The notes beneath the pieces are model-generated. The model saw only the letters and a list, made by a program, of their open reading frames with translations. It searched no databases and was not told the DNA's origin. Shown here one piece after another: positions 25,987 to 37,638 of a DNA stretch of 41,513 nucleotides; positions within the stretch are counted from its first letter, which is position 1, and each line of letters starts with the position of its first letter. The stretch is from Bigelowiella natans CCMP2755 (Eukaryota > Protista > Cercozoa), in assembly GCA_000320545.1 (NCBI GenBank), contig ADNK01003241.1, forward strand, positions 1 to 41,513. Reading direction: 5' to 3'. Both the position numbers and the translations under genes were made by a program.

Positions 25987-28837
25987 CGGTAAAAATGCCG
26001 TCGAGAAACGTGGATTTCCTCCTCCTCCTACTGCTGCTGCTTCTGGTGCTAGTAATGGTGAAGAAGAATCCTCACTACTCCCCCTGAATTTGTTATCTAC
26101 AACGCCATCTGATCGGTATCTCTTGGCCAAACTAGTGCGATTTGTGCAGCTGTTCTTGCACAACAAACATCAAGAAATATACCGTAGGTGCGGCCTACTT
26201 GTTAGTCGGCGATTACAAAGGTTATCACTTTCTTGTGTCTGAGGAACCACAGTGATGTTTATGAATGATAATGATAATAATGGTGATAGTAATATGTTCC
26301 GACGATGATGGTATTCAGCACAATAATAATGATGAAAACATTGATGCTTTAGGAGGGAAAACGTACGTTGTAAGCAGCATAACAAAAGTGTGCTTTTAAT
26401 GTGTTTGCGTCTTTTCAGACTGCGGATACTAAGTGTTGATGGAAACATGAGTAAAAGACCTTGCTTTAGAGGTAGCAGTAGTAGAGTAGTATCTGTACGC
26501 CGTATGTAAAATGCATAACACATATATAGTCCCATCATTGCGTCTATATAGTCGCATCATTGCGTCTAGTGCTTCTTCATTCATCCACATCGTGAGAGTG
26601 AACGTAGATTCGTTCCCCCCCCCCCCCCCCCCCCCCCTTTTGGTTGAGCATTAATCTTCTACGTAGGATGTTATGGGCTCGAGGAGGGGGGGGAAGACTG
26701 TGTTGTAGTGATTTACAAGGACACCATCTACGCCAAGATTCCTCTGGACGGTGATGATGATGATGATGAGAGTAGTAGTAGTAGTCGTGGTAGTAAGAGT
26801 AATAGTTGTTGTTGTTCTTGTTGTTATTTTCTAATTGGTCAGCATATTATCACGACGAGAGTGTAATAGCTTAATAGTTTAATATGAACCCTACAATAGG
26901 CGCTGATTCTCAAGCAATCGATTCATTTGTCCGAGCGTTCCTCCGGGAGTTTTCGCGATGCGTAGCAAAGATTATTGGGGCTCATACTGTACAAGAAAAG
27001 GTTGATGATGACGGGGAAATCTACGGTGGAGATGAGAAGAGGAAGAGGCGGCAAGGTTCATCGAAACGAGCCACAATGTCGGCAGCTACCTATGATTGCT
27101 TCAAAGAATCAGAATTGCACTTGTTTCTGCAGTACGTGATCAACCGACGGGATTTCCAGCAGTTGAGTACGAAGATGACGATTTCTTCATCGGAATATCA
27201 TCACAACAGCATCCCAGGGCTGATGATAGTCAACGATGATACGGGAAGAAAAGGAAAAAAGACAGTGAAGAATCCATCCGATGCCTTATCATCATCCCCA
27301 CTGGCGAGCAGACGTAGTAGTACATCAAATCCCCGTTGTTGTTACTATCGATTACGTGAGGATGATCTTAAAAATCTTAGAGACGCACAGATCAAATATA
27401 TAATATCAGAGGACGAAAACGACGACGACGACGACGATGAGCATATCTGGAAAGTCATATTAGATAGTAGCGTTGATGCTACAGACTATCATCATCATGA
27501 TACCGAGGAAGAAGAAATTTACAACAACTACAATAATATGTCGTCAGCAGGACCAGTAGCTATCAATCATAATGGTGGTGGTGATGATGATGGTGATCAT
27601 GATAATGTCTTCTCTAGATTAACAGATGGTGAAAATATAAAGGAGAAAGGCGCTACTGGTAGTACTATCACACCACTATCAGCAAATGAGATTCGAACGA
27701 AATTAAGAACTCTAGGATTACCTAGTTTCGGGAGCTTACGAGATATGCAACAAAGACTTGAGGATGATAGTAGTAGTTACAGAACTAGAACAAGACGGCA
27801 GTATCATGATCATGGTCATGATGATGATGATGATGGGAGAGAAGATGATCTCCTTTCTCATTACAAAACAAGTAAGGTAAAAATCCCTGCTTACATTCGA
27901 GAAGAGAGAAAATTATTTAAGCCTTCTACTTCAACAATAACGATGACGGCGATGACGAATAATGCTGCTGCTGCTGCTGCTGCTGGTGGTGGTGCGGAAG
28001 AAGTTACTATTGGGCCGAAGCTATCATCATCGTCACGCATTCTGAGCAGAGATAATGATGATGGGGTAATAATTAATGAATAGCGGTGGCTTTTCAAATT
28101 GTTCATTTTTTTACCACAAACAATCAGAAGAAGAGTGTAATACACAATGATGGATACAGAGAAAACGATTTGAAAATCGGACGACATGAAGCTACTACTA
28201 CTACCACCACTACTACTACTGCTGCCACTGCTACTGCTACTACTACTGCTACTAATACTAGGAGCATAAATGCTGTTACATTCATACATTAAGACGATAT
28301 TGCACCTGCCTTATGCTGTCGAAGAGCGTGCAGCCAGCGTCTCGTCATCATGTCGTCATCATCATCATCTTCTTCTTCTTCATCATCATCATCATCACCC
28401 AAGTACTGAGTATAGTGTGTCACCACAAGCAGATCTCTTGGCTAACAATCGGGGGAATGGGTACTGCTAGCAGCAGCAGCAGCTGTTCTGAGCAAGTTAG
28501 GCGAAGAATAGGCGACTGGGGAGAAAGGTACTTATGATGCTAGAAGAAGAACAAAGAAGGAAAGTGATGGTGATAATTCAACTCCTCGTGCATGCACGGC
28601 TGAGGACAACGAACTAGATCATCAGTATCTATCATCATCTTTATGAACATCCTCACGATGATGTTTTCAAATAATATTTGGTTGCATTTACACTGGGTAA
28701 AGATGATGATGGACTCATACGCCATCTTGCGAACATCAAAGAGAAATTTTGCAAATGATATCTAATTTAATATAATAACGTAACGAGTATTAAGTAATTT
28801 TGTTTTTCAGTTTGTTAATGGCTAATCCGCTGAATAA

Positions 28838-28869
<32 letters not shown>

Positions 28870-29053
28870 ATATGGCTTCCAATTAGATTTGTCTTTGAGC
28901 ATTTAAAACAGCGCTATGGCGACACGGCAAAGGTAACAAATCCACACTATTCCGAGTAGATTACCTCATTTAGTGACAACGACGACGTTACAATGGAAAT
29001 TGCTATTGTGAAGGAAAGACTGGTTTTTAATGCCAAGGATGAACCATTTTGTA

Positions 29054-29089
<36 letters not shown>

Positions 29090-29961
29090 ACTTTTTGCCG
29101 TGTTTCTTTTTCAGGTTCAGTGGATTAATGAAGAGGGAGAAACAGGTACTACATATCTACGCATAATATTTTTACATTCATACTGTTGTAGATATTCTTC
29201 ATCTCTGTTCCTGGTGCTGATAGCTACTGCTCTCAGGATATCCATATGACATCACTGTGCGCGATTTGACAGGGAATAAACTCTTCATTGAAGTGAAAAG
29301 TAATCTATTAAAAAGCTGCAAATAGAGATGGAACCGTTTTTCTCCTTTTGTTCAAGTCATTCTTCGCATCATATGTTGAGCCTACTGAAAGAAATTCTGA
29401 AAATATGGAGATGTGCTATCAAATACGACTCTCTTACGCGTATGCATTGTTTAGTAGATTAATCACCATGATCGTTGCTATCATTACCGTTTGTGTTTGC
29501 GTTGTTCATATTGTTTTGATCGTTTACATGGTGTGTAGCTACAGTGACTTCCTCGTTCTCATTTCCAATCTCGTGGAACGAGCTCATTTTTGCTGCGGAA
29601 AATTCTCGAAAATATCAGGTGAAATGGAAGGAATCATTGCAGCAACGTGCATACTTTTCCCTTTATATATTGATGTGGAATGTGGTGTTGGACATTAGAA
29701 AGAGAATGAGTTTACAATGATCTCCATCATCGCCACTTTTTACATCAGGTCAAATATATTACATACACATATTGTTTTTCCCAGATATATCGTGTGATTG
29801 GTGCCCCGAGAGAGCGAAGGAGTAATGCAAAATTGCACAACAACACCCAAATAAATGATCAAGGCAATGAAGCAAGGATCCTACGCATTATAAATCCGGT
29901 TCAACGACTCCGAGATCGGCATTGTTCACTTCACTTTCATATTTCCCCAAAAACATCATAA
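9112..29961 (+). CDS. NOV: Giant NO VEIN (NOV)-like protein: low-complexity N-terminus, sacsin-type GHKL ATPase, long central region, SAP-like motif, C-terminal DUF3883/NOV_C; about 40 exons, roughly 4,000 aa by hand sum
   Basis: Phase-compatible exons give NOV-family motifs in the expected order: RKEEFGL; GRALERLSVELYSSDVHFLLELIQNADDNEY (15687-16060); FLNNEVGF; DLRAICDIGASTK; KIGKKGIGFKSVFRITDSPEVHS; IGYIVPQW; TTAILLPF; LLLFLRKLRTI; YSHLPVRSYGFKFIIQSNFDVPSSRE (19591-19830); FVPLQGE; RKLPIVP; KWREFF; RIGDWGERFVFEHL; VQWINEEGETGYPYDI; LFIEVKT; FPISWNELIFA; YQIYRV; stop at 29959-29961. The start at 9112 (Pro/Gln/His-rich exon) and exons before ~13 kb are tentative, and the N-terminal part could be a separate gene. 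Confidence 0.85.
11027..11085. repeat. (TG)n-(CG)n alternating purine-pyrimidine tract, Z-DNA prone, intronic
   Basis: (tg)n cgcgcgcgcacgcg (tg)n read directly, about 59 bp of near-uninterrupted alternation. Confidence 0.8.
11158..11241 (+). repeat. Coding tandem repeat (GATGACAGC / GATGACGATAGT) encoding an acidic DDSD tract in the NOV-like N-terminus
   Basis: 9- and 12-nt units read directly, in frame with the 11030..11761 ORF (DDENSDDSDDSDDDSDDDSDDDSDDDSDEE). Confidence 0.7.
15687..17784 (+). other. GHKL (HATPase_c, sacsin/NOV-type) ATPase domain exons of the NOV-like gene
   Basis: Exons 15687-15723, 15815-15866, 16056-16149, 16444-16501, 16663-16694, 17029-17073, 17345-17392 and ~17557-17784 encode Bergerat-fold motifs ELIQNADD, NNExGF, GKKGIGFKS and TTAILLPF. 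Confidence 0.9.
26615..26637. repeat. C23 homopolymer in an intron (G-run on the minus strand)
   Basis: 23 consecutive C counted directly. Confidence 0.85.
27676..27765 (+). other. SAP-like DNA-binding motif within the NOV-like protein
   Basis: LSANEIRTKLRTLGLPSFGSLRDMQQRLE matches the SAP spacing L-x-x-x-E-L-x-x-x-L-x-x-x-G-L-x-x-x-G-x-x-x-x-L-x-x-R-L. It lies inside the 26884..28083 ORF. Confidence 0.7.
28495..29961 (+). other. DUF3883 / NOV_C (PD-(D/E)XK nuclease-like) domain exons
   Basis: Exons ending 28527, 28887-28932, 29115-29145, 29237-29299, 29539-29618 and 29785-29961 splice to IGDWGERFVFEHLKQRYGDTAKVQWINEEGETGYPYDITVRDLTGNKLFIEVKTTVTSSFSFPISWNELIFAAENSRKYQIYRVIGAP... Confidence 0.88.
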
Positions 29962-30119
29962 TGAGCGTTGATATCATGCACCGACAGCTATATAGTAGTC
30001 CCGAGGTTGTTGGAATTAGCGATCTTACCTCTAGCCTTGCTTGACTATTAATTTCTTGAGATAGTATCACTGATGGCCCCTTGGAATACCGTACTTGCTG
30101 AGTTACAGCAAGAGATAGT

Positions 30120-30780
30120 ATTGCACATGCATGATGCACGCGCCCCTGTGCTTACGTTTTGCTGTAGCCTCTAGATCGTAGCTGTTGTTGTTACCCAGAA
30201 GGGATATAGCGTGCCATAGCGTGCATATTAAGCATTTATGTATGCGATTTATAGCACTTTCTAGCTAGGCGGTGAACACATGGCCTATTGTACATTACGC
30301 ACAGCTAGTGAGATGATGAACTCAGGAGCAACACAGCGATCGCAATACGGACAACAACATGTAAGACGGATGTAATAAATGTTGCAACAACATGTCTACG
30401 TACAATAAATTGGTGATGTAAACCAAGACAGAATGACATGGAGAGTGCATCGGATCATGCCAATTTATAAAAATTAACAAATTCATTGCATCTGTCTCAT
30501 AGAGTAAAGTGCATGCATGTTGCAATGCGGCTGAGCAATGTCATTGCAGCGTAGATCATGGCACAAATAATAAGCGCATGCACTACTGTGAACTTGAAAT
30601 TAAAATAAACACGCATGCACACCACAGTATGCAAGGTTTTCATTCCGCACTTCCAATTCCAGTAACTTAGCTTCCTGGATCCTACATTATTTATTTCTGC
30701 AATTAAAGCTGCTACGCTGCTACGCTGCTTATTATTATTCTTGTCTGTGTCACTATAGATGTTTTCTATGTTGCGTGGCT
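30120..30780. other. Purine-pyrimidine palindrome-rich tract between convergent NOV-like and Deg genes (RY spacer 3)
   Basis: Same composition (ttgcacatgcatgatgcacgc near 30121, agtgcatgcatgttgcaatgc near 30508). Lies between stops at 29961 (+) and 31051 (-). Confidence 0.55.
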
Positions 30781-31050
30781 AGCGGCTCAGGATTGCTGTG
30801 CGTACAACGCGATTGCGCCAGCATGGCAATCTAGCAATAAGCCAGATTAGGAGAGTGAGGTTTTAATCAATTAAAAGACTGACATATTTGTGCTAATTTC
30901 TAGATTATTTGGCATCCAGGTATTAATACCTGCTCACTACCAAAGTTATCGTAGTTTAAATAACAGTATACAGCACAAAACACTTGATAGATTCTTAGAG
31001 AAAAGTCCCCTACTTCGTAATGGGGGTGGGCTGCCGGTTAGTTGATGTGT

Positions 31051-32158
31051 TCATGCTCGATGATCATGATGGTCATCATTCTGGAGGACAAACTCAGGCA
31101 TACCATCTTCCAGCCAACGCTTCAAGTCAACAGACATGCGCTCAGGAATTTTGTTTTGAGCCTGAGAGATGATGATGATGATGATAATGATGATGATGAT
31201 GATATTTTGGCCAAGAGACACAAAGAAGGAGAAGAACATATGAGTCAGAAAAGAAAATAATGGGAATGCGGAGGATGAGGAGATGAGGATGAGGAGGAAG
31301 AGGAGGAGGAGGAGGAGGAGGAGGAGAAGGAGGAGGAGCATGAAGGAGCTCAGGATCGTTCCAGGGGGGTATAAATAAGATCGTAGTAGAGGAAAAACGC
31401 AGAGTACCAAAATTGATATAATCATACAATTACATACATAGTCTGTTCCATACATTATACGTTATTGTGATAATGTTGGTTGCAAAAGAACACACTACTT
31501 ACTTACCAAGATTTCTCCAGTCTCAGCTTCTGCTTCTTCCGTATTGAGGATAATCTGCATCGCTGTCGTGGGTGAGTTCCCCACCTCAAAGCAAACAAAT
31601 GGATCATCCTTGTTTTCAGTCAACAGCCGCAGCAACTGCCGAAGGGAAGTGACAGCTATTCCATTCATTTTCATTACACGCACCTGCTCGTTTGTATTCA
31701 TATAGCAGCACCAAACATAATATAAGGTTCAGAATCATGCATATACAAAAACACATTCACACACATACACACACACACGCACACTAAACACTCGCGAATT
31801 GATATCATCGTGTCCAGATGTGCATATCATCATATGGATGGAGCGTGGATGATGCGATTTGAATAAAACTTGGTAGCAGCACCACGATGATATCAAGTTG
31901 ATATCGTATCTACTGAAATATCTACTCAATCAATGAATACAGCATTATTGCTTGATTGATCAAAATATCATCATTCATTAAGTAGGTAGTACGTTGTTTA
32001 TATCCTCATATCCAGTAGTAGCATCAGAAGCAAGTACTTGTGTCAAGACCACAACCTATAAATGATATAATGTATGATAAAGAAACAATAATATCAGAGA
32101 GCATTTATGTGAGATGTTCGGGTAGTAATTAAGATGGTGCAGTACAAATATACCAAAT

Positions 32159-32194
<36 letters not shown>

Positions 32195-32566
32195 CACCAA
32201 AACAAATCAGGGATGAACGATATTAGAACCAACATTATCATGAACTACTAAGACAGCGAGATGACAGCCAATAAACAATACCTCCTCGCCGTCTTCATTC
32301 ACAATTCCATACATTGCAGGTTCTAATAGCCTTGATTAGAGTATAGAAAAGGAAAAAGAAGAAGAAGAAGAAGTTGATGATGGTGAGTAGAAATCACAGA
32401 ATGACATCTATAAAGAAAGGAGGTTTGTTTTAAATAGAAATAGTAAGATTGCTGCTGCTCCTACTACTACTACTAGTAGTAGCACTACCCAACAGGAGCA
32501 TATCTTTGCCATCTGTGACCGAACTCTGCCATCAGATAAGGTACTGATAAAGGCGTGAATACCTGA

Positions 32567-32599
<33 letters not shown>

Positions 32600-32699
32600 C
32601 GTTACAATTTGAATATAAATCTAATATAATCATCATCCCAATGACGAGAATCAGCATGATTGTTGATTCGTTATTAGGAATGAGAATTCAGCATATATA

Positions 32700-32737
<38 letters not shown>

Positions 32738-32982
32738 CGCAGCGTTACGAGTGAGATACTACTACTACTACTACAACTACTACTACTACTACTACTACTA
32801 CAATTACTAATACAACAACTACTACAACTCCTACTACTACTACTTCTACTACTACTACTACTACTACTACTTCAACTACTACTACTACTACTACTACTAC
32901 TATTCGATGACACTAATATCATGTATGTTGAAAGACAATTATGATCATCGTATCTGACCCACACATAGCGCACACACAAACG

Positions 32983-33034
<52 letters not shown>

Positions 33035-33040
33035 AGCGTA

Positions 33041-33076
<36 letters not shown>

Positions 33077-33164
33077 GTGTATTATGGGTGCATAGTCGTC
33101 CATTGATATACCAGTCCAGAATAGAGCAAATATGACGGGTTACGATCGTACATATACCTAAAAG

Positions 33165-33197
<33 letters not shown>

Positions 33198-33266
33198 TCT
33201 CATGCTAATCTTACATAAGCGTAGAATTTAGATCACGAAAGAAACGACGACACTCATTGATTATAT

Positions 33267-33309
<43 letters not shown>

Positions 33310-33907
33310 CCAACAAAGGCAAGAAGTCGTCATCAATAATCAATATTTCAATAACGTATAACACTGTGACGGCGACGATTCTCATGAAAGCAGCAGCAGC
33401 AGGTAGTAGTGCTTGAGCAGGTGTACTACTACTACTACTTGTACCAACCATGGGACTAGCTGCGGGGGGGACATCAATTGAACGGTTTCTTCCAACCGTT
33501 GACCGTGACGTATGATAGTCATGTTTGCAAGATCCCTAACGATGACATTAATGAATGATCAAAGATGACTAAGGAGAGATAGGAGGAGGACTACACAGCA
33601 GATATAACAAAGTTGAAAATGGAGATGATGATGATGATGACAACAAACTGTTGATAGCGGTGATAATATTATACTACATATATCCAGCAGTACTCGTCGT
33701 GTGTATGCCCCCCCCCTCTCTCTTCCACACACACACAACACACAGATACATACCCTGGATATTTCGAGCGGAGAATATGCGAGAAAAGCACCCGTTCTTC
33801 ACCTAGATCAGTGTAGTAGGAGAGGGAGGAAATAACAACAAATAACAACATTGAATGAGGTTTTGGATTTAGGGTGGTGATGATGATGATGATGATGATA
33901 AATAGGG

Positions 33908-33941
<34 letters not shown>

Positions 33942-33949
33942 AAATAGGG

Positions 33950-33983
<34 letters not shown>

Positions 33984-33991
33984 AAATAGGG

Positions 33992-34025
<34 letters not shown>

Positions 34026-34128
34026 AAATGGGGGGATAATTCCCACCCCTGAATGGAACAGTCCCATCTGAAGCAATAGGTATTCCGTCAAGAGCAGCAA
34101 TAACATCTCCAGCTTTCAAAACCTAGTA

Positions 34129-34168
<40 letters not shown>

Positions 34169-35389
34169 CCAATCGAGAAACTATCATGGATGGAATAATC
34201 CAAGTCAAACAATGCAGAAGAAAGAATTCCGACAACAAAGAAAGATCATCATGCTGATAAATCTAACATCGTCGCCATACATCGGCATGCATAGATGTTG
34301 TTACACACGGTGGTGGTGGTGGTGGTAGCAGTAGCAGTAGGTAGCAGTAGTAGCAGTATTATTATTATTATTAGTAGTAGTAGTAGTACCTTTGCTGTCG
34401 GCATCTTAGGCTCGACATGTGTTACCTGTTATTATTATGTGTATTATTATCTTGATGTTAATAATATATTATAATTATTATCATTTTTCACCCATTATGG
34501 TAATGATAGTAGATGATGATGATGATGATACGGATGCTGCATTCTTCAGTACTATTTCACAGCATCAATCGACAGGACCGTCATCACCATCATGCATGTC
34601 TTTTCATCATTAATTGTTTCACTCATCATTCATCTATCCTTTGCGGCTGCTGCTTTTATTACCAGAACTCCAGTATCATCGGACGTGTCGTAGTAATGGA
34701 AACGATGTGCATCATCATCATCATCAAATTCTGATGCAATATTAACAATAACACATAACATCTATATCGTCACAATATCACCCCTGAAAAGTTGCATATC
34801 AGCAGGTCAAAATAATATCGTATTCTTGTTGTTGTTGTTCTTCTTTTCTTAGATTCTACTACTACTACTACCATAATTGTCTTCTTCTTCTCCACTGGCC
34901 ATCAACAATTCATGAGAATCCTCATAGCTATCATCAGAGTAATAATCAGGATCATCTCCCTTTCCAATGGCTTCCTCCCCCTTTTTGTCATCGACTTCTT
35001 CTTCTTCTTCCTTGTCGTCATCAGAAAATGCATGGATTTCATCATTGAAAGCCTTGAGCTGCAAATACTGTCGCATAGCCTGAGTAGTCATGACGCAACA
35101 ACATCAAGGAGAAGAATATTGAGATGGGAAGAATGATGATTATAATGATGGTATTAATGCTATAGATGCTTATGCGCTACGTGTACACTTATTTGACATT
35201 GATATTTGAGTATGAATACTACTTTCTCTTTTTGGGCTACTAATTTCCTTCTTCTTTCACTTCCATCTTCACCCCCATTATTATGCATGCAGCATATTCA
35301 ATATCCATTACTTCATTTTCCGTCGTTTGCCAACTGACTCCTAGACGGCAAAATCTGATAACATTACAGGTGGTGAAATGAGAGCACAT

Positions 35390-35421
<32 letters not shown>

Positions 35422-36254
35422 CGTAGTACAAGTGATGATCTCCTTATATAATAGGGAGGGGGAGGGGATTATCATGAATAGTATAGAGCCAAAACAGGAG
35501 GTAGTAGCAGTAGCAGCAGCAGCAAAGTATACAATGATGATGGAAGAGGAGAACATGTTTGGTCGAAACCATCAATTTTTACGAAGTGTCACGTTTTGTA
35601 GATGATGATGCTAATGTGATGATGAGAATCATCATCATCATCATGATTCATAGACGTGATGAGGATTCTCATCATCACATCATCATCATCATCATCTTCT
35701 TCTTCTTCATCATTATCACCCAGTATAGTTTCCATGAAGCTTGATGTCGGTCAGGAAGTGGTCTATGATGGGCACTGGAATGATGTACCTTTACAGCAGT
35801 AGTAGCAGTAGTAGTAGTAGTAGTAGTAGTAGTAGTTGTAATAGTACTATTTCAGACTCGGTACATATGGAGCACGAAGGGCAGTTGTAGCACATTTCTT
35901 CTTCTTCTTCTTCTTCTTCTTCTTCTTCTTCTTCTGCTTTGATAAGTTTAGTTTTTGGTGATGTTGTTGTTATTCGTTCAGGAAGTCAACAACACCCACC
36001 GCTAGCATCAGTACCCACAACGGTATTATTATCATCATCATTATTATTATTATGATTCTCGTAAAAACAGCACCAACAACAACCAACTGCCCACACTTTT
36101 ACTATTTCCATTAAAATGCTCATCACCCGATGTTTTCTGCCTCATCGAGGGCTTGAAACGCTACTCCAGCTACCCTCCCCTCAGAATCTAGTGCTGGTCC
36201 TCCACTGTTTCCTACAGCAGTAAGCATGCAGGCACCAGTCATACGATGTATAAT

Positions 36255-36293
<39 letters not shown>

Positions 36294-36483
36294 AGTAAAA
36301 CGAAGAAGAAGAAGAAGAAGAAGAAGAAGAAGAGGAGATAATAACTACAACTACTACTACTACTACCAGAGTTGATGGCAGCATCGATTTGTATCATTAG
36401 GAGATATTCTCCCGAATGAGAGTAAGATCTGATGGCATTGCAACAATAAATATATAATAATAATTTTTCAGTAAAATAATAAC

Positions 36484-36515
<32 letters not shown>

Positions 36516-36677
36516 ACGATACATACTGATTGATCAAAATATCAAATAATGATTTTCTACTCTCTCTTCAACATATATAGTCTTAGCAGCTTGCTAGAAT
36601 GAATAACCAACCCCATTTCAACTCTAGAGACGATGCCTTGGGTGATGGATATCCCTGCCAAGCAAAGAGGAGAGAGA

Positions 36678-36718
<41 letters not shown>

Positions 36719-37554
36719 GAAAGCAAACCTCGATCACTATTCTTCAAGAGGTATCAAAAGAAACAATGCAACACGTGATTATTCCGGACATCCTTCTCCT
36801 TATTTCATCACCATCATCACCATCATCATCATTGTCATCATTGTCGTCGTATCATTGTGAACAACGTACTATCTCCTCCCTGCGGATATCCTACAACCTT
36901 TATCTTGTCCTGTAATCTAATCAATATATCATCATTCATTCATTTGCTGCTGCTGCTGCTGCTGCTAGAATATTATATCGATTTTCTCGTCGCTAACACT
37001 CTTCCCTCTCTCTCCTACTGACTGACTGACTGACTACTCAGGCAAAGTTCCTAAGGAAAGAGCCTCCAGTCCACTCCAAAATTGAGAGTCTTCCACCTGA
37101 ATATGTTATGATGATGATGATGATGATGATGATGATGGTGATACGACGACGACTGCTGCTGCTGCTGCTACTACTACTACTACTACTTTGAGAATTGCAA
37201 GATCGCACTCATGGGCTACGTGCTCGACGGTGGCCACATATTTCCGAGAATCACCATGTTTGCGTACACGCACAACCTAATGATCAGCAAAAACCACCAA
37301 ACAACAACATCATCATCAATCCTTCCACACACCGCGATGATACATAAACACATACATAAATGCTACACACACGTAGAAACTAAAAAGTGAGACATGGTAG
37401 TTGTGAATCATCATCTCACGGTGATCAAACGTAGTACTACAACACATATACCACGAATTTCTACAGTACGTATGGCTGAACATGATTAGAGAGAAGAAAG
37501 AAAGTGAAGATGAAGAAAATGCGCGAGTCTCTTCTTTGATCTTTTCCGCTGGTT

Positions 37555-37638
<84 letters not shown>

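Noticed and set aside
33669-34119. Poly-His, poly-Ile and poly-Met ORFs over the 42-bp repeat, and similar poly-Tyr, poly-Leu and Cys-Val ORFs throughout the track
   Set aside because: These are translations of intronic microsatellites, which lack stops in several frames.
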